Positions 1 to 12,012 of a DNA stretch of 64,000 bases are shown here, piece by piece. This stretch comes from an uncultured Planctomycetaceae bacterium. Lineage in GTDB: Bacteria > Planctomycetota > Planctomycetia > Pirellulales > PALSA-1355. The stretch covers positions 832,001-896,000 of the forward strand of contig CAWAUV010000008.1 in NCBI GenBank assembly GCA_963785305.1. The letters run 5' to 3'. A model generated the notes under the pieces. It was not told the origin of the DNA and did not search any database. It worked only from the letters and a program-made list of their open reading frames with translations. Within the stretch, counting starts at the first letter, position 1; each line of letters starts with the position of its first letter. Position numbers and translations under genes: made by a program.

Positions 1-1422
1 TCCGCCGAAACCGCTGAAGGGATTATGGAATCCACCAAAACCCCCGCCAAATCCGCCGCCATGGTTTCCACCGGATGAGCCGCCACCGGAAGATCCGCCA
101 CCGGTTGAACCACTGCCCGAACTTCCCGAGCCGCTCGAGCCCGAGGAGCCCGAACCGGAACTGGTCGAGCCGCTGGTGTAGCTCACCAAGCCAGGAATCA
201 GCAGGTTGGCGATCGGCGTGCCCAGGCCGGTGACTTCGTTGTAGCCGGCAGTGGCGCTGTAACCGCCATTGGAGCCGCTCGTGATTTCGTGGAAGTCGCT
301 CGAGGGCAAGCTGTAGAGCGCGGCCTGTGCGCCATTGAGCGTCGAGCCGCCATCGGCCACGCGGCCTTGATCGGCGATGGCGACGATTGCCGCCCACTGC
401 GGCGCCGCGTCGCTGGTCCCACCCACTTCGAACCAGCCGCTCTGACCGCCGGTCGCCAAGCTATCGTACACCGCGAAGCCGGTGTTCGGGTTTGCGTCGT
501 ACGACACATCGGGCGAGGTCCGCTTGCCGGTCGACTGCACGCCGGCTTGGTAGCTGGGTTCGGCTTCGAAAAGGCTTGTGCCGCCGCCCGAGTCGCTCCA
601 CGCCGTTTGGCTGGCAATGGTGTTCGACGTGGTGAGATTAAGTGTCGTTCCGCCGGCGGCAAGCACATTGCCGGAGAGCGCGGGCCAAATGCCCGGCGAG
701 CCCGAATCGCCCGAGGCGCCGACGAATGTGATGCCCTGATGGCCGGCCGGCGTGGTGAAATAGGAGTCGTACGAGGTTTCGCCGTTGAATTCGCTCATAC
801 CCCAACTCATCGACACCACGCTCACGCTCGACACCGTCGTGGCATATTGCACGGCCGAAAGCAGATCGGTCAGGTTGTCGGAGTTGGCCTCGACCAGCAG
901 GATATTGGCGTCGGGCGCGATCGCGTGGGCCCATTCCACGTCGAGCGAGATTTCCAGGTCCCAGCTTGCATTGGTCGCCGGCAGCGTTTTGCCGCCGCTT
1001 TGATTGACTACCGTGAGATTCGCGGCCGGCAGGCCCATTTGCGTGTCGAACTTCGCCAAATCGGAGGCAATGTTCGGATCGTTGTAGGAGTCGATGATCG
1101 CGATCGTCTGACCGGCGCCATTGGCCGCCACGGTCGAGCCGCTCGAGGTCTTGAAGGCCGAGAGACTGCTAAACCCGTAGGCGGTGCTGATTTGGCTGGC
1201 CGTCAGGCCGACGACGTTCGTGTTGTTCACGGTCTCGACCTGCACTTCGGGCGAGGCCGTAGCCGAGAGAAGATTGCGCAGCTCGAGCGATTCGCAGCCG
1301 AGTGTTGTGTGATACCACGAACTGTCGCGATTCACGCGCCGGGAACTGAACTGTCCCGAGCCGAGCCGATTCTTACGTGCCGAAAAACGCCGTTCGATAC
1401 TCGATTGCCTGGGCACGCGCAT
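1..1422 (-). CDS. S53 (sedolisin/kumamolisin-like) serine peptidase, exported; runs off left edge
   Basis: Absent from the ORF track (no stop in window). Manual translation from ATG 1422 (GGAGG upstream) gives export motif ESLELRNLLS, then GAGQTIAIIDSY, EISLDVEWAHAIAP (E/D), GASGDSG, GGTSDAAP (Ser) and a Gly/Ser-rich linker. Confidence 0.88.
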   Translation of the reverse strand, partial: MRVPRQSSIERRFSARKNRLGSGQFSSRRVNRDSSWYHTTLGCESLELRNLLSATASPEVQVETVNNTNVVGLTASQISTAYGFSSLSAFKTSSGSTVAANGAGQTIAIIDSYNDPNIASDLAKFDTQMGLPAANLTVVNQSGGKTLPATNASWDLEISLDVEWAHAIAPDANILLVEANSDNLTDLLSAVQYATTVSSVSVVSMSWGMSEFNGETSYDSYFTTPAGHQGITFVGASGDSGSPGIWPALSGNVLAAGGTTLNLTTSNTIASQTAWSDSGGGTSLFEAEPSYQAGVQSTGKRTSPDVSYDANPNTGFAVYDSLATGGQSGWFEVGGTSDAAPQWAAIVAIADQGRVADGGSTLNGAQAALYSLPSSDFHEITSGSNGGYSATAGYNEVTGLGTPIANLLIPGLVSYTSGSTSSGSGSSGSSGSGSSGSGSTGGGSSGGGSSGGNHGGGFGGGFGGFHNPFSGFGG

Positions 1423-1840
1423 CGTGCCTCCTCCAAGAAAAACAGATCGGGGGTGGCCAAATCCTCGGCTCGCTGCAAGGACCGGCTGGGAAAGGATCGT
1501 GTTTTTCGGGATGGGTTCCAACATCCCGATCGTAACGAATGTTCCGGTGTTCGTCGCGATATCTGGAAAAGCAGCCTGCCCTGCGGAGGATAAGCGGCCG
1601 TTTCCCGCCCGAGACGGGGCGATCACTGACGTAAAGCCATCGCAAACAACGACTTGCATCGCTCGGTCATGCGGATTTTTCCGCCAAAAAGCATCTCGCC
1701 ACGGTGGGCTAGGGGTCGAACGACCTTTTCATGAGACCGTGCTTCCGCGCGGCGAGACCTTCGCATTTTGCTCGGGGTTGTAAAAAACGTCAAGCCAGGG
1801 GATCAATTATTTTCGTTGACCCGGCCTCGCGATTCGGCAA

Positions 1841-3803
1841 TTAGCGCTTCTTGCCCGCGGCGGAACCCGGCGTTGGGGCTTGCGGCGGCGTATCGCCCGC
1901 TTGCGGCTCGCGCCACATCGAGCCGCGCCAGTCGAGCAGCATGCGCTTGCCGGGCGTGGGGACGATGTGGATCGCGATCTCGACCATTTGACCAGCGTGG
2001 GCGCCCAGCGGCATGATGATCGGGCGCATCTCGCCCTGGCTCCCTAACGGCGGCGTTTTTTCCACGCCCAGACTTCGCCCGGAGAGCGACGCCTCGAACG
2101 TCGAGCGGGCCGAATGACCGCGCGAGGCAAGCTCCGCGATCCAGAGCACCAGCGTGTCTCGCGGGGGGGCCACGCGGCGTTTGAGCGTGAAGGTCACCGG
2201 CGCCGACAGCTCGAGCACGCTACGGAATGCCGGCGCCGAGCGATTCGCTCCGTCCCAAAGATTCACCAGCCGCCAGTCGGCGCCCGCAGCTGGCGCCACG
2301 CTCCAGCCGGCAAGGCCCGTGGCGGCGGCGTCGCTCGCCTGGGCCACGTCGCGAGCCAGAGTCAAGGAGTCGAGCGTTGCAATCGGCTCGATCCAGTCGA
2401 CAACATCGCGGACATCAAGCGGATCGAATTCCGGCCCCGCGCCATGGGCCGGATCGGCGAGCAGCGTCAGGCGCGTTCCCGGCTTGGGGTCCAGCGAGAT
2501 CGGGCCGATTCGAGTCGCGGCTCGCTGGCCCACGAGCAGTTCGCTTTGAAACACCTGCTTGCCGTCGACGAGCACCCGGGCGATCGCCGCCCCGCCCGAG
2601 CCCGCCGCGCCATCGAGCGCCACGCTGCCCCGAAAGCCGGTCGCGCATTCCGGCAAATCAAACTGGAGCTCATGCCCGGCCCGCACTCCCAAACCCCACG
2701 GCCAGCGCTCGCCAAGCACCGAGAGCGGATTGCCATCGGCGTTGCGGTCGTGGTGATAGGTCGTCCAGCCGGCCGTAAACGCGCCGAAGTGCCGATTCGT
2801 CACTGGCCGCAGCCGGCTGAGCGGCAACTCCTCGGGCGAGAAGAACATGCGACACGCGATGGTCCTCGCCGGCAATCCGAGCGGTTCGAGCACCAGGCCG
2901 GCTGCACGACATGGAGCCAGCGCGGCGCCCGATCGGGCTTGCCACCCCGCTTGGCCGCCCGTCGGCTGGCGATCGGGTCTTCTTGCGGGCGAAGTCGCTC
3001 GAGCGAGGTGGTGAGCCGCAGGCCATCAATGCTTTCGACCCGCATCAGCCGCGAATCGAGCGCGGGAGTGAGCGTGGCCAGTTCGCGGAAAAACATGTCA
3101 CGGTCGTCGGCGCTGTCGAGGCATAAATCTTCGATCTCGTCGAACGCGGCCCGCACAATGCCGTTTTCGGTAAGCAGCTCAAGGCCATCGGCCTTCCAGC
3201 GGGCCACGCGAAATGAAACGCGGCGACCATCGGTGTGGCGCAGCGTGTTTTTTTCGACCGGTTTCTTACTGCCCGCGCCCGGACGACACGGCGCACGCGA
3301 TCGAGCGCCACCGGCAAGCGAGTGCGGCCCACGACGCCGGGCAGGTCGAAGTTGCTGGACGTTTCGATCAGTAGCCGCGGTGGGCCAAGGCCGGCCGAGG
3401 GCTGTTGGCTATCGAGAAATCCCACCACGCGGCCGGGCAAACGATCGCCGCCAACGAACTCGATAAAGCTTTCCGCGGCGCCGGTCGGCAGTCGCGTGTC
3501 GAGGACCATGCGGACCGGATTGCGGGCATCGAACAGCCTTTGTCCCGATGCGCTAGGATTGCCCTCGGGCCGGTCCCAATCGAGGATTTCCTCGGCGCGG
3601 GTGCGGGCGCCGTCTGCCCAGGCGATGCTATATCGTTCGCCGGAGCCGGGTTCGGAGTACCGCTCGGGCTCGCGACCGGTAGAGCTCCGCGAGAGGCCTA
3701 GCAGGACCAACGGCAGGGCGAAAATCGCGAAGATCACTCGGAGCGTGGGCAGCCGGGCTGGGGGGGCGAGCAGCGTCGGCAGCGAGCGCTCGGAAAGTCT
3801 CAT
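1841..3803 (-). CDS. Secreted NPCBM/NEW2-domain protein (frameshifted into 3 ORFs)
   Basis: ORFs 3045-3830, 2800-3207 and 1841-2893 join. Signal-like N-terminus; NPCBM-like GLGVRAGHELQFDLP…FRGSVALD…VLVDGKQVF. Confidence 0.6.
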
Positions 3804-4393
3804 GCTTAAGAACCGCCGATCAAGGCCCATAAGAGAAAACTTCGATAAGCGGCGCCGGCGCGAACTCCGCGAGAGATATCGCGGTCGATTCTACTCCGCG
3901 AAATCGGCCGATGGTATTCGCGGCCGGGCTGTTATTGCCCGGCGCGGACCGCGTAACTATACTCTAATTAAGTTAACTGTCGGAGAGGCCTTGCGATGCG
4001 ACGACGTTTCCTGCGATTTGCGCTGACGCGAACGATTCAGGAGATTCGCCGTTTCGCCAATCGCTTGGGCCTTGGCCCGCGTGGCCCCCTGGCGCCGGCC
4101 TGGATTCGCCCCTCGGATGCGATCCGGTCATTGGGCTCGAATCCGTCAATCGGTTCGGCCCCACTCGGCGGCCGTCGACCGCTCTTCGATGGCGGTCGTT
4201 TCAAGGGCGACGACATCGCCCGACGCAAATCACGGCGAAATGGCCGGGTCGCGGCCCTCTTCGAGGGCTTATGGTTGATTCTCTCGGCACTGTTTTTCGG
4301 GGCTCTCGGCGGGGGAGAGCCTTCTCGCGGCGCACGGATTCGAGTCGCATTCGCACGGTTCAATTTTTTGAAGAAGCGTTGGAGGTAAGCGCG

Positions 4394-6170
4394 ATGGAAC
4401 GTTGTCGGCGTCGGCTGGTGGTGTTGGCGTTGAACTTCGCGGCAATCACGCTGAGCGCCGCGGCGCTCGCGTGGCAGCCGTTTCCTAGCTGGGCCGACGA
4501 GCCGACCCAACCCTCCGCGCCGCCCGCGGCGGAGTCAAAAGACAAGGCGCCCGACGCCGACACGAAAGACAAGTCGCCCTCTGGCCCTTCGGAGCCAGCG
4601 GATAAAGCCGCGACTGAAAAGATCAACGACGAATCGACTCGCAAGCCGGGCGCGGCGACCGACGACGATTACGATCTCTACCAGTCGTTTGCCGACACGA
4701 TCGATCAGGTCGAGCGCAACTATGTGAAGAAGGTCGATCGGCGTCAGCTCATGGAAGCCGCCATCCACGGAGTGCTCAGCAAGCTCGATCCGTATTCGAA
4801 CTATATCGGCCGCGAGGACCTCTCCCGATTCAAGAGCAGCGTCGAGAATCAGTTCGGCGGCATCGGCATTCAGATCGCCATCGAACACGATCAACTCAAG
4901 ATTTTGAGCCCGATCTACGGCTCGCCCGCCTATCGGGCCGGCCTCGAATCGGGAGATCATATCACCGAGATCGAAGGTCAATCGACCGAGGGACTCTCGA
5001 TCGACGAGGCCATCCGGCGACTTGAAAGGCGAGGCCGGCACCAGCGTGACCTTCACCGTGGCGCATCCGGGCCACAAGAACAAGGAAGTGGTCACGATCA
5101 AGCGCGAGATCATTCATGTCGACACCGTGCTCGGCGATGTGCGCAAGCCCGACGATCGCTGGGACTTCATGCTCGACCACGAGAAACACATTGGCTACAT
5201 CCGCATCTCGGGCTTCAGCCGCGACACGGCCCATGACCTGAAAGCCGCGCTCGACGAGCTCAAGTCGCAGGGCCTCGCCGGCCTGGTTATCGACTTGCGT
5301 TTCAATCCTGGCGGCTTGCTCACGAGCGCCATCGAGATCAGCGACATGTTTATTTCCGAAGGCCGCATCGTGAGCACCAAGGGCCGCAACACGCCCGAGC
5401 GCACTTGGGAAGCCACCCGCGAGGGCACCTACGAAGGCTTTCCGGTGGCAATCCTCGTGAATCACTATAGCGCGAGCGCCAGCGAGATTTTTTCGGCCTG
5501 CATGCAAGATCATCATCGGGCCGTGGTTATCGGCGAGCGCACCTGGGGCAAGGGCAGTGTGCAGAATGTGATCGACCTCGAAAACGGCAAGAGCGCCTTG
5601 AAACTGACCACGGCGAGCTACTGGCGCCCGAGCGGCAAAAACATCCACCGCTTTCCCGACGCCAAGGAGAGCGACGAATGGGGCGTGATGCCCGACAAGG
5701 GTTATGAATGCCGGCTGAGCGATGACCACGAGCTGGCCTCGCTGATGCGCTACCGTCGCGAGCGCGACATCTTGCACTCGCACAAACCGCCGTTGGCCGT
5801 GGCCACCGCCGACGGGCAAGCCCCCGAATCCGACAAGCCAACCCCCGACGCAAACAGGCCAGAACCCAACAGGCCAGAACCCAACAGGCCAGAACCCAAC
5901 AAGCCAGAACCCAACAAGCCAGACGCCGAAAAAGCCGCCACGGAAAAGACCGACGGCACGACCACCGGCGACAAGCCCCTCGGCGAGAAACCGGAGGGTG
6001 ATAAAGCGGCTGGCGAGAAGCCGGCGATCGAAGCGACGGCCCAGGTAAAGCCCGCCGGCGCCAAGGCGGAGCATCCTTTCGTCGACCGCCAACTTCAAAA
6101 AGCGCTCGACTATCTCTCGAAGGAAATGGCCCATGCCACTCCCGTGGCGGCCGAATCCAAGCCGCAGTGA
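4394..6170 (+). CDS. ctpA: S41 carboxyl-terminal processing protease (PDZ + S41), frameshift near 5020
   Basis: GGAGG RBS; LDPYSNY, FGGIGIQI, DLRFNPGGLL, SASASEIF, GERTWGKGSVQ. Confidence 0.9.
5853..5923 (+). repeat. 15-bp coding tandem repeat, ~4.7 copies (NRPEP/NKPEP)
   Basis: aacaggccagaaccc x3, aacaagccagaaccc, then partial aacaagccaga. Confidence 0.9.
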
Positions 6171-6483
6171 CCGGTCGCGCGTTCATAACGCCGGCGAATC
6201 AGTCTTCGCTCGGCTCACGACGTTTCGCGGGCCGTCGGATACAGGCTCCCCCCGGCCCGACGTCCCTTGGGCAACGAAAAGCCCTACCGCAAATGCAATG
6301 AACGTGGCAGCGCGCATCGTCTAGCGGCGGGACCGGTAGTTGTTTATCGGCAATGACTTCCACGTTTAGGCATGCCGCCCAAATTCAATCGCGCAAGGGC
6401 GGACACGCCGTTTTTTACGAGCCAGAGCGATCGCGGCGGCGTGTTTCGAGGTCCGTCGCCGCGATCGCGCGTCGGCGCGATTT

Positions 6484-8226
6484 TTAACGCTCCGCGAACG
6501 GGTCGGCGTTCATCGCGCCTCGTTCCCCGCGGGCCACGTCGCCCGGCGCGGCGGCGCGGACGAGCGGTAGGTTCGTTCGGGCCGGGGGTCCGCAAACTTG
6601 CACGAACCCACCCCAGCCGTGGCCGCCCCGCATGATCCGTTCGGCGGTGGGCGGCGCGACGAGCGTCTGGAGAAACGTGACCAGCGACTTCTGCTTGCCC
6701 GGCGTGAGCTTCGCGAACATCTCGGCCGATCGCAGCCCTTGGCCGCCATGCGCCGCGATCGCTTCCTCGAGCGTGGCGGCGCGGCCATCGTGCAGATAGG
6801 GCGCACTGCTCGCGACTCCCCAAAGCGGCGGAGTGCGCCACTCGCGGTCATCGACCGGCAATGCCGCGAAATCCACAAAGCGCGGAGGCGGAGCGGCTTG
6901 CTTCTCGGCCGCGCGCCGCGGCGCCTCGGTGGAAATAAAAGCGCCATAGCGGCCCGCGCTCAACTCCGACCCCATATCATGGAGCAAGAGATCGCTATAA
7001 ATTCCAACCACGTCGCCCACGGTTTCTCGGTGACATTCCGCGCAGCCGATCTTGACGAAGAATGCCTGCCCGGCCCGCGCGGCTTGAGCCGCCTTCACAT
7101 TCGCCGGAGCCTGCGCGACCGGTCGGGGCAAATTGGCGACGAACGCCACGAGCGACACGCAATCCAAGGTGTCCATGTCATAGCCCGGCGAGTGATAGTT
7201 CGGCTTCCGCGGATCACCGGCTTGCGGATGCTCCGGCAAGTCGAGCCCGATCTCGACGGCGCATGCCGTGAGCGTGAAGTCGGCGAGCCGGGCCTGCTGC
7301 GCGTGCCAGCCGAAGCGGCCGATGCGATTGCCCTCCAGACGCGAGACGATCCCGGCTGTCTTGGGCGTATTGCGACTCTCCTCCAGCGCGACCGCTTCGA
7401 TTGCCTCATCGGAAATGCGATCGATCTGGCCCAGGCCAAAGAGCGGCGTCGTATTTCGCTCCGAAAGCTTGAGACCGGTCGAGACAATCTGATTGTCCGG
7501 CGCCGGCGGATGGGCTGCGGCGCGGCGCCGGCGGACATTCGCCCTCGACGCCGACTCCTTCACCGGTTCATCGATCCGGAAGTCCGAGGGCTCGAAGGCG
7601 CCGCCGTTTTGATAAGCGGCGACAATTTTGGCCTGGAGCGCCATGCCGCGCTCGATCTGCACTTCCGCGGGCGCGGACTGCGCGTCCTCGGCCAATTGCG
7701 TGAAAGCGGCGACAAACGATTGCCGCGAAGGTTCATTGACCGGAGCAAGCAGGGGATCGACGTCCTGGTGTTTGCGCGATTTTGCAACGAGCGAAAGCCG
7801 CGAGCCGCGCCACGGAGAGTAATCGGGACTCGTGCCCGAGAGATGCAACACCACGCGGCGCTCGGTGGCCAGCCCGGGATGCGTGCCCCGCAGCTTTGCC
7901 ATTTCCCAGCGACCCGTCGGCGCGATCACATCGACATTGGCTTCGAGCGATCCGCCGCCGCCGACTCCCCCCTGGTCATGGCAGGCGACGCAGGAGCGTG
8001 CATTGAACACCGGTCCCAGGCCATCGCCACCGTGCGAGCGGGCATCGCCCGCTTGCCATTCGTGAAGAAACAACCCGTGCCCGAGCTTGAGTAACTCGGG
8101 CGCCGGCGGGTCTTCGGCCTGGGCCAAGGACGAGGAACCCGCCACGATCCAAGACGCCGCACACAACACCGCGCCGCCGGAAGCTATCCGCGCGGCACTC
8201 CACCGCAACGCAAGAAGCGCGCTCAT
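6484..8226 (-). CDS. Di-heme oxidoreductase-family cytochrome c protein
   Basis: Signal peptide; GDGLGPVFNARSCVACH, GCAECH, YSDLLLHDMG, WRTPPLWGV, YLHDGRA. Confidence 0.85.
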   Translation of the reverse strand: MSALLALRWSAARIASGGAVLCAASWIVAGSSSLAQAEDPPAPELLKLGHGLFLHEWQAGDARSHGGDGLGPVFNARSCVACHDQGGVGGGGSLEANVDVIAPTGRWEMAKLRGTHPGLATERRVVLHLSGTSPDYSPWRGSRLSLVAKSRKHQDVDPLLAPVNEPSRQSFVAAFTQLAEDAQSAPAEVQIERGMALQAKIVAAYQNGGAFEPSDFRIDEPVKESASRANVRRRRAAAHPPAPDNQIVSTGLKLSERNTTPLFGLGQIDRISDEAIEAVALEESRNTPKTAGIVSRLEGNRIGRFGWHAQQARLADFTLTACAVEIGLDLPEHPQAGDPRKPNYHSPGYDMDTLDCVSLVAFVANLPRPVAQAPANVKAAQAARAGQAFFVKIGCAECHRETVGDVVGIYSDLLLHDMGSELSAGRYGAFISTEAPRRAAEKQAAPPPRFVDFAALPVDDREWRTPPLWGVASSAPYLHDGRAATLEEAIAAHGGQGLRSAEMFAKLTPGKQKSLVTFLQTLVAPPTAERIMRGGHGWGGFVQVCGPPARTNLPLVRAAAPGDVARGERGAMNADPFAER

Positions 8227-8418
8227 GAGAATCCCCCTTCTGCCGTTCCGAGGGCAGAATAAAAGAAATGGAGAGACGTGAAGGCGCGTTGCCAGCGCGC
8301 CACCCGGCATTGTATCGCGCGCCAGAAGGGCCGCAACTTTTTTCCAGGAGAATTACAATCCGCCGCTCGACGCTGGCAATGCTCTAGCAAGCGTGGGCAT
8401 TGCGCCCCGGCGCGACGC

Positions 8419-9159
8419 TCACCGGGTTTGCATTCCGCCGCTTGCGCCCTGGTAGGTCGGCGCGTAGGGACTCGGCTCGCCCGCGGCCGGCGCATCGGGC
8501 GAGCCTGGCTGCAACATGCCTGGCTGCATCATTCCGGGTTGGCCCATGCCGGGTTGCGGCGCCGGCGCGGGGCGTCGCCCGAAGATCCATCGCCGCTCGC
8601 TCACCGGTGGTCGCGCCATGGCCGATGTCGCGCTATAGCGCGACGCGGAATATTCCACCCAACGATCGCCCGACCAATAGAGCCATTGCCCGCTGGGCTG
8701 AAAATGCCACCACCGCCCGTCGCTCCAGCGGTAGCGCCAGGCTTCGGCGTTGGACGATATTTGCGGCTGGCTCTCGCGCGGGGGCAGCGGGGCGGGCATC
8801 ACCATGGTCGTCGGCTCGGTCCTGACCACGCCGGGCGCCTCCATCACCGGCGCCACCGGCTCGGCCGCCGCGCCATGGACCGGCGGCCAACTCGAGCCCG
8901 AGCCCATGCGCGGCGCGTACTGAGGCGTCGGCGAGATCGGATAGGAATACGCCGGCGACTCGGCGGGGCCGTTTGAACTGGGCGATGTCGTGTTGGCGTC
9001 GCCCGAGGGCCGAGAGCCGCTGGGAATCGGTAGCGTGAACGAGGGTCCGATGAAGTCGCCGGGCTCGGCGTTCGATGGTCGCGGCTGGGCCAGCGCCGCG
9101 GTCGAGATTGCAAACCCCGCCACCCAGCCCGCAAGCATCGGAGCGCCGCGCATTGCCAT
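8419..9159 (-). CDS. Secreted Pro-rich hypothetical protein with Trp-rich WRYRW…W motif
   Basis: Signal peptide ending AALA; WRYRWSDGRWWHFQPSGQWLYWSGDRW; QPGM repeats. Confidence 0.65.
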   Translation of the reverse strand: MAMRGAPMLAGWVAGFAISTAALAQPRPSNAEPGDFIGPSFTLPIPSGSRPSGDANTTSPSSNGPAESPAYSYPISPTPQYAPRMGSGSSWPPVHGAAAEPVAPVMEAPGVVRTEPTTMVMPAPLPPRESQPQISSNAEAWRYRWSDGRWWHFQPSGQWLYWSGDRWVEYSASRYSATSAMARPPVSERRWIFGRRPAPAPQPGMGQPGMMQPGMLQPGSPDAPAAGEPSPYAPTYQGASGGMQTR

Positions 9160-9295
9160 CACTCCCTGTTGAAAAACCGATAGCGCCAGCAACGGCATTT
9201 ACCGCCCAAGCTCGCGCCGTCGACGCTCGCGCCGTCCGCGCCACGGGACCGCGCCCATTCGCCTCCCACATTCGTCGGCCGAACGGTGGGGCGCG

Positions 9296-10045
9296 CTACA
9301 GCAGACTTTCGAGCAAGAGACGCATCTTGCGCATTTCGCCGCTGTGATCCACGTCGTCCATTTCGGTGATGTTCACCGACAGCGCGCGATTGTAATGCAC
9401 CTTGGCAAGCTGCGAGATCAGCCGGCCATATTCGACCAGTCCCTGGCCAACGCGCACCTGGAGCTTGTCGCGGCTGGTGTCGCGCAGATGGGTGTGATAC
9501 ACATGCTTCATCAGATGGTCGTACGACCCGTTGGCGTGCGGGCCATAGATATAGTGGCTCGGATCGAGCGTGAGACCGAGGCCCTTCACATTGTCGCAAA
9601 GCACGACGGCCGTGTCCGGGTCTTGGGTGATGCGGCCGGTTTCGGTCTTGATCGCCACGAGCACGCCCTCTTGTCCCGCAATGCCGACCAGCTTGCGGAG
9701 CCGCTCGATTTCGGCGTTGAAGGGGGTGCCCAGTTCCGCGGCCGGCACTACCATCGCCACCACTTTCGTGGCTTTGGCTAGCTTGCAACAGGCGGCGAAC
9801 TGCTTGTAATACAACTCCTCGGGCGCATCGATCTCGACACTGTAGGCCGCGATCGTGAGCCGCGACGTTTCGCGGCAGCGCGCCACCGACTTTTCCAAAT
9901 CGGCGAGCACTTGCGACGGCTTGAGCTGGACGCCGCTTTCGTGCAACGCGATCTCGACACTGGTGTATTCCAAATCCACCAGCCGCTGATACACGCTCTC
10001 CAACGACAACCGCGGAAAACATTCGCTCGATGCAGCGACAAACAC
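9296..10045 (-). CDS. Sugar-phosphate isomerase/epimerase (xylose-isomerase-like TIM barrel)
   Basis: LGLTLDPSHY, HVYHTHLRD, VGQGLVEY; GGAG RBS before GTG. Confidence 0.8.
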   Translation of the reverse strand: MFVAASSECFPRLSLESVYQRLVDLEYTSVEIALHESGVQLKPSQVLADLEKSVARCRETSRLTIAAYSVEIDAPEELYYKQFAACCKLAKATKVVAMVVPAAELGTPFNAEIERLRKLVGIAGQEGVLVAIKTETGRITQDPDTAVVLCDNVKGLGLTLDPSHYIYGPHANGSYDHLMKHVYHTHLRDTSRDKLQVRVGQGLVEYGRLISQLAKVHYNRALSVNITEMDDVDHSGEMRKMRLLLESLL

Positions 10046-10488
10046 GGAGGCGACTCCTTCACGCTACGCTTCAGCCGAATTCGCGAAACACGGGGTTTCC
10101 AGACGCGTCTGCGAGCGCCCCGTGAACAACAACTGGCCCAGTGCGAACGGGACCGATAGCGACCCCGTCGGCGCCGGTGGCTGAAGACAATCCCTTGCAA
10201 ACCAGGTCCATTCTCGCGCCTCGTAGCTTAACACTCAGGCCCGGTGTTCGAAAGATGAAACTTGCGTCGGCTGTCATGCGCCATTAGAAATGTCCCCATC
10301 GGATGGGGCGCCAGGGCAAAATTACCGGTTTCAAAGCCGGCGCCAGCTTGCTGGAACCGCGGCCACAACCGCTCGCATGGCGAGAACTGATTTTCGGTTC
10401 CGGGGCCGCCTCCGCGAGTGTCGAGCTGTTTAGTGCAACGCCCGCGGCGTGGGCCTTTCCTTGTCGACGCTACCGCCGCGCGCGAAGA

Positions 10489-11720
10489 CTACTCGGCGAA
10501 GCGAAAGGGATCGTGGCCAATTTCATAGCCCGGCCGGAGGCGCCACATTCACGAGCAGCCCCAGGCACGCGCCATTGGCCACGAGGCTCGATCCGCCATA
10601 GCTCACCAGCGGCAGGGCGAGCCCGGTGATCGGGGCGAGGCCGACCATCATGCCGATGTTGATCGTCGCCTGCACCGCCATGAGCGCGCATATTCCGGTG
10701 GCCAACAGTCGCCCAAATGGCTCGCGCGTCGCTTGGGCGATGCGCAGCCCGCGCCACACCAGCACTCCAAACAGCCCCAAGAGTCGCCGCCAGCCCCGCC
10801 AGTCCTAGCCGCTCGACCACCACGCTCGCAATGGAATCGGTCCGCGCCTCGGGCACGAAATACGCCGAGCGATCGGCGATCGGTTCGCCATCGACGAGGC
10901 TTCCTCTCCAGCCGCCCAGGGCCATCATTTGCTTGGCTTGATGCAAGTGATAGCCATCGTCGGTCGGCGCTTCGCCGCCGCCTGTCTGCTCGACCAGGGC
11001 CGTGATGCGCGAACGCTGCTCGCGACTCATTTGCGACCAGACCACCGGCGTCGTCAGCAGCGCCGCGAGAACCAAGAGCGTCAAATGCCGCATGCGCGCC
11101 CCGGCCACATAGAGCATCACGAACAGCACCGGCGGAAACAGGAGCGCCGTGCCCAAGTCAGGTTCCTTCAGCACCAAGAGCAGCGGCACGAACATGAGCC
11201 CCAGGGGAATCGCGAGCCCGGCCAAGCGGCGATAGCTATCGCGATACACCAGATACCTCGCCAGCGCGAGCACAAACGCCGGCTTGGCGAATTCCGAAGG
11301 TTGCAGCCCCACGGGCCCAAACCGCAGCCAGCGTTGGGCGCCATTGATCGGCGGAAACACATACACCGCCGCCAGCAACACGAGCGAGCTCGCGAAAGCC
11401 GCGTAGCTAAAACGCGCCAGCCGGCGATAATTGGGCGCCGCCGCGAGCACCATCGCCAGGAATGCCGCCGCCGACCAGATCGTCTGCCGAGCCAGATACC
11501 GGCCCGACGCGCCGGCGAGCTCTTCGCTCCGTCCGATCGCCAACCAGCCGAGCAGCACCAGCGCCGCGGCCGCCGCAAGGAGCGCCCAAGGCGCGCGAGA
11601 CCAAGATGCCTCGGTCCTTTGGGTCCACGGCGCTCGCAGGACGCCGGCGAGCCGCTCGGCAAAACGGGCCCGCCCAGCGAGTCGCGGGGCTGACGATCGG
11701 GCAAAGCGGTGGCTGGCCAT
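10489..11720 (-). CDS. rodA: SEDS protein RodA/FtsW family (frameshifts near 10790 and 10540)
   Basis: GAQRWLRFG, QPSEFAK, EPDLGTA, GYHLHQ, PITGLALPLVSYGGSS. Confidence 0.85.
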
Positions 11721-12012
11721 GGTGACGGATTGTAGGGCGCCGCCCTAAAATAAGGCCACGCCAGTCCGCCGCCGCTGGCATCGCCGGTAGCGCCTCGGCC
11801 GAGCCCCCAGCCGACCTCGGCCGCCGATTTCCCCAATCAGCCGCCTGAAAAACCGCGCGGCGTGTTAGTTTAGAGAAGGACTTCCCGCGGCACGATGATT
11901 TGTTAAAATCATTGTCCGCCCCGCGGTCGGGAGAAAACCCACACGCGAACCGGCCGAGTCCGCCGCCGGTCTTGAATGTGTGATGCAATAACGATCGCGG
12001 GCCAAAATCCGC

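Noticed and set aside
289..1593. 434-aa plus-strand ORF and similar long antisense ORFs (e.g. 6598-8094, 30166-31950, 48809-50122)
   Set aside because: Antisense shadows of well-supported genes on the opposite strand.
3973..4390. ORFs 3996-4388 (+) and 4037-4510 (-)
   Set aside because: Arg/Pro-rich, no motif; likely the divergent promoter region between the NPCBM gene and ctpA.
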